45,536 nucleotides of DNA. Origin: an uncultured Oscillospiraceae bacterium (GTDB taxonomy: Bacteria; Bacillota; Clostridia; Peptostreptococcales; Anaerovoracaceae). The notes under the pieces are model-generated. The model had not been told where the DNA came from. It ran no database searches and saw only the letters and a list, made by a program, of their open reading frames with translations. A program made the position numbers and the translations under genes. This document shows positions 29,066-37,605 of this stretch, in pieces. How positions within the stretch are numbered: position 1 is the stretch's first letter; each line of letters starts with the position of its first letter. Location: assembly GCA_964473095.1 (NCBI GenBank), contig CAYYMY010000003.1, positions 1 to 45,536 of the forward strand. Reading direction: 5' to 3'.

Positions 29066-30250
29066 CTAAATCACTTTATTTCTCTTTAACAGCTCAATCG
29101 CTTCCTCACTCATTCCTATAATGCCGCATAACTCTGCGGTATCCTGCCCCAGATCAGGCGAATCTCCAAAAATAGCTGCAGGTGTTTTTTCCAGAGAAAA
29201 CGGAAGCGCCGGAAATTTCATCTCACCTATGTCTGTGCAGTCTCTATTGAGAATAAATCCGTTTTCCACCGTATTTGGCATGTCAGCGATTTCATCTACT
29301 GCCAACACGGCGCAGCACGGTATACCTTTCTCGCGGCATTTATATTCGATTTCAAATTTACTCATTTTCTCTATTATCTTCGCTAATTCAGGTCTCAGGA
29401 AATTCTCGTAATTTTCACATCTTTTTTCATTGGTGAGATATTTATCATCATCCTTCAAATATTCCATCCCCATGACATCGCAAAAATATTCCCACTGTCT
29501 TTGAGTTGCAACTCCTATTGTGACGTATCCGTCTTTCGTGCGGTAAGTATCGTAAGGTGCGCATGAAGGATCATCATTTCCCTTTCTTGTCTGAATTTCT
29601 CCCGTTAGAGAAGCCGCAACCGGTGCAGTTTCTATACATGAGAAAATTGAATCCTGCAGGGATATATCCACAGCCTGTCCAATCTTTCTGTTTTTCTTTT
29701 CTATAAGCGCCATCAAAATCCCTGAAGTCAGATATCCAGCCGCATAATGCTCCATAAGTGAAGGTGCGCTGCTGACCGGATAGTCGTTTTTGGTTCCCGT
29801 CATATCCATCGCAACCCCGAGGGCCTGTACCGACAGACTGCTTGAAGGTCTGTCCTTCATAGGTCCGCTCATACCGAAAGGCGTACAGGAAGCATATATT
29901 ATATCTTTCTTCACTTTTTTTATGTGCTCATATCCCAGTCCCAACGACCTTATCTCTCCCGGAGTACCATCTACACATATCACGTCAAAATATTCAACGA
30001 GCTTTAATAAAATATCCCGTCCTTCCTTTTTTTCAACGTTTAAAGTCATACTTTTCTTCCCGCTGTTAAGATAGTTGAAATAGCAACTTTTTCCGCCTTT
30101 TAAAGGCTCCCAGTTTCTTATCCTGCTTCCTCCTTCAGGTGCTTCAACGCACACTACTTCCGCACCGAATGACTTCAAATACATCGTTGCAAGATTTCCC
30201 GCCAAACCGCTGCTTAAATCTAAAATTTTAATATCGCTCAACGGCAACAT
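29066..30250 (-). CDS. Family III CoA-transferase-like subunit, catalytic Asp replaced by Glu
   Basis: ILDLSSGLAG...FGAEVVCVEAP, NSGKKSMTLN, PFGMSGP, GQAVDISL, SPDLGQDT. PSLMEHYAA aligns with PAIGDSYSG of the neighbouring gene. Confidence 0.88.
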   Translation of the reverse strand: MLPLSDIKILDLSSGLAGNLATMYLKSFGAEVVCVEAPEGGSRIRNWEPLKGGKSCYFNYLNSGKKSMTLNVEKKEGRDILLKLVEYFDVICVDGTPGEIRSLGLGYEHIKKVKKDIIYASCTPFGMSGPMKDRPSSSLSVQALGVAMDMTGTKNDYPVSSAPSLMEHYAAGYLTSGILMALIEKKNRKIGQAVDISLQDSIFSCIETAPVAASLTGEIQTRKGNDDPSCAPYDTYRTKDGYVTIGVATQRQWEYFCDVMGMEYLKDDDKYLTNEKRCENYENFLRPELAKIIEKMSKFEIEYKCREKGIPCCAVLAVDEIADMPNTVENGFILNRDCTDIGEMKFPALPFSLEKTPAAIFGDSPDLGQDTAELCGIIGMSEEAIELLKRNKVI

Positions 30251-30304
30251 ACATTTCCCTCCTATCCGCTTTTTATTGCATTTTTAATATTCACAGCATA
30301 TTAA

Positions 30305-30321
30305 AGCAAATGTTATGCCAA
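30305..30321 (-). promoter_or_regulatory. sigma54 (-24/-12) promoter
   Basis: Minus strand TTGGCATAACATTTGCT = GG-N10-GC, close to YTGGCACGNNNNTTGCW, about 55 bp upstream of the first CoA-transferase start. Confidence 0.88.
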
Positions 30322-30410
30322 TTTAAAAACGTCTATTTTTCAACGAAAAAAGCAATCATTTACCACGACTTATTCATTTCAGACTAATTTCTGTCTTCAA
30401 AAACTAAAAA

Positions 30411-30452
30411 AAGCTATTCAGATATGACTAATTAGTCATATCTGAATAGCTT
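30411..30452. repeat. Perfect 42 bp palindrome: ychF terminator and/or activator binding sites
   Basis: AAGCTATTCAGATATGACTAATTAGTCATATCTGAATAGCTT is fully self-complementary; followed by a T-run on the minus strand (A-run at 30406-30412). Confidence 0.8.
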
Positions 30453-30496
30453 CCATTTCAACATTCATACTTTTAACAAAATATCATAAAAAATAT

Positions 30497-31588
30497 TTAC
30501 ACATTGAACAGGAAGTGCATCACGTCTCCGTCCTTTACCACGTAATCCTTGCCTTCTGAACGCACCAGACCTTTTTCCTTCGCTGCGGCAAGATTGCCGC
30601 CGTATTCTATCAGTTTGTCGTATGCTATTGTTTCCGCTCTTATGAAGCCCTTTTCAAAATCAGAATGTATTTTCCCGGCAGCAGCAGGCGCTTTAGTTCC
30701 GTTCTTAACAGTCCATGCTCTTACTTCAGGCTCTCCCGCGGTGAGGAAGGATATGAGATCCAACAGTCTGTAGGAAGCCTTTACAAGCTTGTCCAGTCCC
30801 GACTCCTCTATTCCCAGTTCTTCAAGAAACATCGCCTTTTCATCATCATCCAGCTCAGCCATTTCTGCTTCAAGCCTTGCACATACCACTATAACGTCAG
30901 AGTCTTCAGTCTCTGCAAATTCCCTTACTCTTCTTACATATTCGTTATCCTCTTCGGAAGCGTCGTCCTCAGGAACATTCGCAGCATATATAACAGGCTT
31001 ATACGACAGCAAATCGAGGCTTTTTACGAAATCCGCCTCATCATCATCCAGCTCCATAGCTCTCGCCGATCTGCCTTCTCCCAAAAATTCACTGACTTTT
31101 TCAAGAAGGTCAAGCTCTTTCTGAAGGCTTTTATCGCCTTTCAGATTTTTTCTCGTCTTCTGTATTCGTCTTTCAAGCACTTCCATATCCGATAATATCA
31201 GCTCTGTATTTATCGTCTCTATATCGGAAACAGGGTCTATCTTGCCGTCAACGTGCACTACGTTGGCATCATCAAAGCATCGTACTACATGAACTATAGC
31301 CGCCACTTCACGTATATGTCCCAAAAATTTATTGCCGAGTCCTTCTCCCTTTGAAGCCCCCTTTACAAGTCCGGCTATATCATAAAATTCTATTGTGGTA
31401 TATACGGTTTTTTTTGAATCATACATTTCATGGAGCACTTTCAGTCTTTCATCCGGCACTGCTACAACGCCCACATTCGGCTCTATTGTGCAGAACGGAT
31501 AATTGGCGGCTTCCGCTCCGGCTTTGGTTATCGCATTAAAAAGCGTGCTTTTGCCCACATTAGGCAGTCCGACGATTCCTAATTTCAT
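30497..31588 (-). CDS. ychF: Ribosome-binding ATPase YchF
   Basis: GIVGLPNVGKSTLFNA, NYPFCTIEPN, DIAGLVKGASKGEGLGNKFL, AAGKIHSDFEKGFIRAE, GDVMHFLFNV. Confidence 0.97.
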   Translation of the reverse strand: MKLGIVGLPNVGKSTLFNAITKAGAEAANYPFCTIEPNVGVVAVPDERLKVLHEMYDSKKTVYTTIEFYDIAGLVKGASKGEGLGNKFLGHIREVAAIVHVVRCFDDANVVHVDGKIDPVSDIETINTELILSDMEVLERRIQKTRKNLKGDKSLQKELDLLEKVSEFLGEGRSARAMELDDDEADFVKSLDLLSYKPVIYAANVPEDDASEEDNEYVRRVREFAETEDSDVIVVCARLEAEMAELDDDEKAMFLEELGIEESGLDKLVKASYRLLDLISFLTAGEPEVRAWTVKNGTKAPAAAGKIHSDFEKGFIRAETIAYDKLIEYGGNLAAAKEKGLVRSEGKDYVVKDGDVMHFLFNV

Positions 31589-31605
31589 TTTTAACTAGAT
31601 CTCCT

Positions 31606-32346
31606 TTATCTTGACGTTTTCTTTCTCAGAATTAAATAAAAAGCTGTGCAGATAATGATCACTGCCAGGCTTAAAACCTGCGCCTGTCTGAACGGTCCTA
31701 TCATCAGACTGTCCGTACGCAATCCTTCCACAAAAAATCTCTCAACAGAATACAATATACCATAAAGCAGTATAGTCTGTCCCTCAAATTTCCTCCTGTT
31801 ATCAACATATATCAGAAAGAAAAACAGCATGAAGCACCATATCGATTCATACAGAAAGGTAGGATGATACGTCATTCCGTCTATTTCCACTCCCCACGGA
31901 AGGTCTGTAGGTCCTCCGTGAGCTTCAGAATTGAAATAGTTGCCCCATCTTCCCACGGACTGAGCTATTGCTATACAGGGCGCTGCCAGATCCATGACAT
32001 TCAGCGGCCTTATTTTCCATAATGCACAAAGTACAGCCGCCGCACCGAGACCGAATATAAGCCCTCCATGTATCGCAAGACCTCCAAGTCTTATATTCAA
32101 TATTTTCAGCATATCTCCCGAATACATATCCCAGTTGAAAACAACATAATAAAGCCTTGCTCCTATCACAGCTGCCGGAATACATATTATAACGAAATTT
32201 ATAATATTGTCAGATGTGAGATCGTGCTTAGGCGCCCTTTTACAGCAGATAATCGTCGCGATCGCTATCCCCAATGTTATCAGGATACCGTACCACATTA
32301 TATCTATATTGAATATCGTAAAAGCTACAGGCTCCGGCTGCGGCAT
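31606..32346 (-). CDS. lgt: Prolipoprotein diacylglyceryl transferase
   Basis: WYGILI, GARLYYV, GGLAIHGG, GRWGNYFNSEAHG, HPTFLYES, RFFVEGLR. Start placed at MPQP (32346), behind GGAGGGAAAGGA. Confidence 0.95.
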   Translation of the reverse strand: MPQPEPVAFTIFNIDIMWYGILITLGIAIATIICCKRAPKHDLTSDNIINFVIICIPAAVIGARLYYVVFNWDMYSGDMLKILNIRLGGLAIHGGLIFGLGAAAVLCALWKIRPLNVMDLAAPCIAIAQSVGRWGNYFNSEAHGGPTDLPWGVEIDGMTYHPTFLYESIWCFMLFFFLIYVDNRRKFEGQTILLYGILYSVERFFVEGLRTDSLMIGPFRQAQVLSLAVIIICTAFYLILRKKTSR

Positions 32347-32386
32347 ATCCTTTCCCTCCATGTTACATTTCTGTTCTATTATACTA

Positions 32387-32416
32387 AAAAAGATGTGTAA
32401 CGCGCCACATCTTTTT
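32387..32416. terminator. Bidirectional-looking intrinsic terminator
   Basis: AAAAAGATGTG-taacgcgc-CACATCTTTTT downstream of the lipoprotein gene. Confidence 0.7.
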
Positions 32417-32442
32417 GCTCATATGGAATCTGTATCATCTTT

Positions 32443-32940
32443 TTATTCTGTCTCTACATCTTCAGGTTCGGTTTCAAGTATAAGCACTGCCGATTCGCCC
32501 ATAAGATAAACGGTATACAGTTTCTCTTCGCCGCTGTCTTTTTCCTGCTCTTCGATGAATTCATCCGGAGATTTGACCGTCAGTTCACCGTTCTCAAGAC
32601 ACGCTATCCTTCCGTCAAAGCCGAACTCCACATCGTGAGTTATGTTATTGTCCGCGATATAGTAGCCGTCTTCATAATTTGAATTAGTCACTACCTCTCT
32701 TTCAGATATGTGCACGCTGTAGGAATCCTCCCCTGTCTTTTCCATGGTAACTGCGCCCAGCACCGTCTCCGCTCCGTCTGTGATAAGCTGCTGTGAGTAT
32801 TCCCCCGCGAGATATTCTCCCGTTATCTCAGGTTCGTTTATCGTCTGTCCGGACTTATCTTCTCCGCATCCTGACAGGGCAAGCATAAACAGCGCACACA
32901 TAGCCACACAGCTGAAAATAAGCCCTAATTTTTTCCTCAT
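32443..32940 (-). CDS. Putative lipoprotein, acidic, function unknown
   Basis: MRKK-hydrophobic-LSGC lipobox; start placed at MRKKLG (32940). Confidence 0.75.
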   Translation of the reverse strand: MRKKLGLIFSCVAMCALFMLALSGCGEDKSGQTINEPEITGEYLAGEYSQQLITDGAETVLGAVTMEKTGEDSYSVHISEREVVTNSNYEDGYYIADNNITHDVEFGFDGRIACLENGELTVKSPDEFIEEQEKDSGEEKLYTVYLMGESAVLILETEPEDVETE

Positions 32941-33067
32941 ATTTTTTCTCCCAATAAAATATTCCAATATTGCTATTATTTACTGTACTGATATTCTACT
33001 CTTTGGATACGCAATTTTCAAGCAAATTAGAAAAATATAATAAAAATATGTCAGGGCTGTTTTAAAA

Positions 33068-33505
33068 TCAGACTTTTTTGATGAATTTCGTATGACAATG
33101 AGGACACGTTATGCTTATTTTCCCGGCTCCTTTAGGCACTCGTAGCTTTTCCCCGCAGCTTGGGCATCTCAGTATTTTATGTGTCCTATCCTTATACGCA
33201 GCACCTGTTCTGAAACCGCCCGCGGAGCTGTATCCGGAGCCTCCTCTGCCGAATTTTCTCCTTATGGTGTTTTCAAACTTAAGGAATCTCTGATTCTCAG
33301 CATATCTCGCGTTTACATTTCTCGAGAACATTCTGCAGTAAATGTATATCAGAAGTATTACAACCGCAAAATTTATCATCTGAGATCTTACGAATATATT
33401 TATAACTATGAGAATAAAAGTTCCTATCATTATGGCTCTGTTGAGATTGTCCGTGCCGTACCGGCCTCTCATAATATTGGCGAGCCACATATTAAATCTA
33501 CCCAT
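33068..33505 (-). CDS. Small membrane protein with C-terminal Zn ribbon
   Basis: MRGRYGTDNLN, two TMs, RMFSRN, CPSC...LRVPKGAGKISITCPHC. Start at MGRF (33505) with AGGAGG RBS, overlapping the metH stop. Confidence 0.8.
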   Translation of the reverse strand: MGRFNMWLANIMRGRYGTDNLNRAIMIGTFILIVINIFVRSQMINFAVVILLIYIYCRMFSRNVNARYAENQRFLKFENTIRRKFGRGGSGYSSAGGFRTGAAYKDRTHKILRCPSCGEKLRVPKGAGKISITCPHCHTKFIKKV

Positions 33506-35942
33506 TAAAAACCTCCTGTGCAGCTTCCACGGATTTGAGAGCATCCCTGCAGTAATAATCCGCGCCTATTTTCTTCGCATAATCCGCAGTAAGCACCGCA
33601 CCGCCCACCATTACTCTGCAGTCCGGAGCCGCTTCCTTCACAGCCTTTATAGTCTCCTCCATACTCTTCAGAGTCGTTGTCATCAGCGCGCTCAGTCCGA
33701 CCAGCTTTATATTCCTGTTCAATACTGCTCTCACCACTTCATCCGCAGGAACATCGCGTCCCAAATCTATCATCCTGAAGCCATAATTCTCCATTATGAC
33801 CTTTACTATGTTTTTACCTATATCGTGTATATCTCCTTTAACTGTGGCTATAACCACTTCTCCAAGAGACACCGCCTCCCTGTCGCCTTCCGCAAGCCTC
33901 TGCTTTATCACATCGAATCCTGCCTGCGCCGCCGTTGCCGACTGAAGCATCTGGGGCAGAAATATGGTTCCTTTTTCGAATCCTTTTCCAACTCTGTCAA
34001 GCGCCGGTATAAGATAGTCATTCACCACTTCCATTTCATCACAGGACTTCAATAGTTCTTTGACCGCCGATACGGTATCGCTTTTGATTCCCTTTTCTAT
34101 GGAATAGAATATATCATATTCTCTGTCGCCTTTTTCTGCAGTTTCTGTGTTTTTTTCGTTTTTTTTCAGTGAAGATATTGACTGCACGGCGGAGGAAGAA
34201 TCTCCATATCTGTCTATAAATGCTGAGGCATTCACATCGATGTTCTTCAAAACATGAAAAGCATATATCGACGCCATCATATCCTCATCATTGGGATTTA
34301 TTATCGGAAGGTCAAGACCGCACTCCATTGCCATCGCCAGAAATGTCCTGTTGATAACGGGTCTGAGCGGGAGTCCGAAACTTATATTAGAAACTCCGAG
34401 AGCGGTTTTAAGCCCTAGCCTCTTCTTTACCATAGTCAAAGCTTTCAGGGTTTCATCTACTTCCTTTTGCTGCGCTGATGCCGTAAGCGTAAGACAGTCG
34501 ATTATCACATTTTCTCTGGATATTCCATATTCTTCAGCTTTTTTAAGTATCCTTTCCGCTATTTCAAATCTTTCCTCTGCTTTGGCTGGTATGCCTTTTT
34601 CATCAAGAGTAAGACCTACAACCGCTGCTCCGTATTTCTTAACGACAGGAAAAATTTTTTCCATGCTTTCCGCTTCTCCATTGACGGAATTTACAATAGC
34701 TTTCCCATTATATACTCTCAGTGCTGCCGCCACTGCATCCGCATCAGAAGAATCTATCTGTAGCGGTACATCTGTGACAGACTGCAGTCTTCTGACTACT
34801 TCAGGCAGCAGTTCAGCTTCATTGACAGACGGTATGCCCACATTGACATCCAGTATTTCCGCTCCCGCATCGACCTGTTCTATAGCCTGCGCAAGTATAT
34901 AATCAAAATCGCCTTCGAGCAGAGCCTGTTTAAGCCGTTTCTTGCCTGTGGGATTTATCCTCTCTCCTATCACCGTCACATGATCCACCGTTACAACAGA
35001 ATTCCCGCTGCATACTTTTAGTTTTTTTGCGTTATCTGCTGCTCTTTCGGCATCCGTATTCCTATACGCTTTGTTATCTCTGTTTTTTTCATCCGTAAGT
35101 TTTTTCAGTTTGCTGATGCAGTCAGGGTCAGTCCCGCAACATCCGCCGATCATATTCACTCCTATATCTGCATACTCAGCCATTTTTTCAGCAAACTGAG
35201 ATGAAGCGATACTGTATTCGCCTGTTTCGGGGTCAGGCAGTCCGGCATTCGGCTTTACAAGTATCGGAAGCTTTGTAAGGCTTCTCAGTTTTTCAGCAAG
35301 AGGATATATCTCCGAGGGTCCGAGAGAGCAGTTTATTCCAACAGCATCCACACCGAGCCCTTCAAGGGTCACAGCTATCGCTTCAAGACTTACTCCCGTA
35401 AATGTTCTGCCGCTTTCTTCAAATGTCATCGAGGCTATTACCGGAAGACTGCATCCTTCTTTAGCCGCAAGTACAGCCGCTTTCACTTCGTAAAGGTCTG
35501 TCATCGTTTCTATAACGACAACGTCTGCTTTTTCACATCCGGCGTCTATTATCTCTCTGAAAACATCATATGCATCTTCAAATCTGAGCGTGCCCATTGG
35601 CTCCAGCATTTCACCGACAGGTCCTATACCGAGTACGATTTTTACATTTTTCCCTTTTTCTCCGGAAGCCTCTTTTGCTTTCAATGCGGCATCCATGGCG
35701 GCGTTTACCGCATCATATACAGATACTCCTATTTCACCAACCTTGAATCTGTTGATTCCGAATGTGCTGGCATATATCATTTCCGCTCCGGCATCTATAT
35801 ATTTCCTATGTATCTCTGTCAATATTTCCGGATGTCTGAATCCGAATGCCATCGTCGTCTCATCCGCCGACATTCCTTCTTTCTGAAGCATAGTTCCCAT
35901 AGCTCCGTCAAGTATCCAAATTTTTTCGTTAAAATCAATCAC
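33498..35942 (-). CDS. metH: B12-dependent methionine synthase (Hcy, pterin and cobalamin domains; no activation domain)
   Basis: LDGAMGT, GINCSLG and GGCCGT Zn ligands, GERINPTG, GVSNISFG, DIHDIG B12 motif, SALMTTT, VGGAV. Confidence 0.93.
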   Translation of the reverse strand: MIDFNEKIWILDGAMGTMLQKEGMSADETTMAFGFRHPEILTEIHRKYIDAGAEMIYASTFGINRFKVGEIGVSVYDAVNAAMDAALKAKEASGEKGKNVKIVLGIGPVGEMLEPMGTLRFEDAYDVFREIIDAGCEKADVVVIETMTDLYEVKAAVLAAKEGCSLPVIASMTFEESGRTFTGVSLEAIAVTLEGLGVDAVGINCSLGPSEIYPLAEKLRSLTKLPILVKPNAGLPDPETGEYSIASSQFAEKMAEYADIGVNMIGGCCGTDPDCISKLKKLTDEKNRDNKAYRNTDAERAADNAKKLKVCSGNSVVTVDHVTVIGERINPTGKKRLKQALLEGDFDYILAQAIEQVDAGAEILDVNVGIPSVNEAELLPEVVRRLQSVTDVPLQIDSSDADAVAAALRVYNGKAIVNSVNGEAESMEKIFPVVKKYGAAVVGLTLDEKGIPAKAEERFEIAERILKKAEEYGISRENVIIDCLTLTASAQQKEVDETLKALTMVKKRLGLKTALGVSNISFGLPLRPVINRTFLAMAMECGLDLPIINPNDEDMMASIYAFHVLKNIDVNASAFIDRYGDSSSAVQSISSLKKNEKNTETAEKGDREYDIFYSIEKGIKSDTVSAVKELLKSCDEMEVVNDYLIPALDRVGKGFEKGTIFLPQMLQSATAAQAGFDVIKQRLAEGDREAVSLGEVVIATVKGDIHDIGKNIVKVIMENYGFRMIDLGRDVPADEVVRAVLNRNIKLVGLSALMTTTLKSMEETIKAVKEAAPDCRVMVGGAVLTADYAKKIGADYYCRDALKSVEAAQEVFNG

Positions 35943-36579
35943 CGCAAAATTTCCCTTCTTTTCTCAAATCGCACTTCTCTCTCAGTACACATTCATCGCA
36001 TGTTGCAAGATTTCCCGAGACCGGTCTGCAGGAAATTCCTATCACAGCAGTCACGGATTTTCTCGGTATCAGCAGATTTTCAGAAGTCACATTCAGACCT
36101 ATCTTTCTCTGCCCGTCTATATATCTGACCATATCGGGCTGCAGCTCTATCGGGAAATCGCCGTATCCTGGGCTGAACCTGGATGTAGTGTGCCCGTCGA
36201 CCCTGCTGTCTATCACTTTCTGGAATTCATCACATATCTGCTCTATGAGAACAGAAGCGCCGCAGTCCGCCATCACTGCCGCAGACATATCCGTTATCTG
36301 AAGACGTCTTATCAGATTGTCCGCACCTGCTCCAAGAGTAGCTCCCATCACCACAGCCTTGCAGCAGCCGTTAAGATGCTCCCTGATTGATTTACCTTCA
36401 AGTCTCATATCCGATAATTCCATTACTCTGTAGACAGCCTTCGGTGAAACAGCTGACATTAGCATTTTCTCTACATTTTTAAGCTTTGATACTGTTTCTT
36501 CATCTGGAGTCTCTTTTACACCAAGCGCTTTGAGCCATGCTTGCAAATTTATTTCATTCTCTGTTCTTATATCCATCAC
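35935..36579 (-). CDS. Stand-alone methionine synthase activation (reactivation) domain protein
   Basis: GATLG, RFSPGYGDFP, PRKSVTAVIG, Cys-rich C-terminus CDEC-x5-C-x8-C; overlaps the metH start. Confidence 0.85.
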   Translation of the reverse strand: MMDIRTENEINLQAWLKALGVKETPDEETVSKLKNVEKMLMSAVSPKAVYRVMELSDMRLEGKSIREHLNGCCKAVVMGATLGAGADNLIRRLQITDMSAAVMADCGASVLIEQICDEFQKVIDSRVDGHTTSRFSPGYGDFPIELQPDMVRYIDGQRKIGLNVTSENLLIPRKSVTAVIGISCRPVSGNLATCDECVLREKCDLRKEGKFCGD

Positions 36580-36591
36580 ACAAAATCTTCA

Positions 36592-37461
36592 TCATCCGAG
36601 CAAGTCCTTTATATTCTCATGCACTCTTAAAGCAACCTGCGGATTATTCATCGTATAAACGTGTATGCCGTCCGCGCCGTTCGTTATCAAATCCCTTATC
36701 TGTTCAACGGCGTATTCTATGCCTGCTTCAAAAAGACCCTCTGCATCGTTTTCATACAGACTTATCATTTTAGTAAATTTATGAGGAAGGCTCGCACCGC
36801 TGAGCGCAACGGTTTTTTCTATCTGTCTTGAATTCACTATCGGCATTATTCCCGCGGATACAGGAACGTCTAGACCCATCAGTCTCGCTTTGCCCATAAA
36901 TTCATAAAACACCTGATTGTCAAAGAAAAGCTGAGTTATCAGGACTTTCACTCCTGCCCCTATCTTATATTTCAGATTCTGTATATCTTCGTCAAGGGAT
37001 TTGCTCTCATAGTGACCTTCCGGATAGCAGGCTCCCAGTATTTCAAGATTTTCGCTGCATTTGCGCTGCACTTCTATGGCAAGTTCGTTTGCATGCTTAA
37101 AATCCGTCTTGATATCCTCTTCCGAAATTATATCCCCTCGAAGCGCCAGCACGTTTTCTATATCGGCATCGGCAAATCTCCCGATCATCTCTTTCACATC
37201 TTCTTTCGTCGAATTCACACAAGTAAGATGCGCCACCGTCTCTATGCCGTATTTTTTCTTTATATTTGAAGCTATCTCACATGTGGAATTGTCTGCTATG
37301 TTGCCGCCGGCGCCGTAAGTTACACTGATAAAATCGGGCTTACATACAGCTAGCTTTTCAACAGTATCATATATTGAGTCAAGGTTTGACTTTCTTTTCG
37401 GCGGAAATATTTCTAGGGAAAAAACAGGCTTTTTCTTTTCGTAAAGTTCAGGTATTTTCAT
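36592..37461 (-). CDS. metF: 5,10-methylenetetrahydrofolate reductase
   Basis: FSLEIFPPK, SVTYGAGG, AHLTC, LALRGD, ACYPEGH, ITQLFFD, GIMP, HVYTMN. Confidence 0.96.
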   Translation of the reverse strand: MKIPELYEKKKPVFSLEIFPPKRKSNLDSIYDTVEKLAVCKPDFISVTYGAGGNIADNSTCEIASNIKKKYGIETVAHLTCVNSTKEDVKEMIGRFADADIENVLALRGDIISEEDIKTDFKHANELAIEVQRKCSENLEILGACYPEGHYESKSLDEDIQNLKYKIGAGVKVLITQLFFDNQVFYEFMGKARLMGLDVPVSAGIMPIVNSRQIEKTVALSGASLPHKFTKMISLYENDAEGLFEAGIEYAVEQIRDLITNGADGIHVYTMNNPQVALRVHENIKDLLG

Positions 37462-37493
37462 TTTTACTTCTCCATTTCGTTATATAACAATAT

Positions 37494-37522
37494 ATTATAC
37501 CCTTTTGTATTTTCAAATGCAA
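37494..37522 (-). promoter_or_regulatory. sigmaA promoter of the metF operon
   Basis: Minus strand TTGCAT (37517-37522), 17 bp, TATAAT (37494-37499). A divergent extended -10 TGATATAAT at 37551-37559 serves deoC. Confidence 0.65.
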
Positions 37523-37605
37523 TATGACACTTTTCTGGACGCATGATGTCTGATATAATTATTTGATAGGCAGTCAAAAGACAAAAAGTGAAAGGAAGCC
37601 AAATT

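Noticed and set aside
26227-30250. Direct assignment as the known bbu/gbu or cai carnitine/gamma-butyrobetaine cluster
   Set aside because: No acyl-CoA dehydrogenase-like gene (bbuA/caiA), crotonase or CoA ligase is in the block, and the BCCT cage differs from CaiT. Kept only as an analogy.
23440-30496. Target-site duplication or att sites flanking the cassette
   Set aside because: No convincing direct repeat was found by eye at the two boundaries, and no integrase is present.
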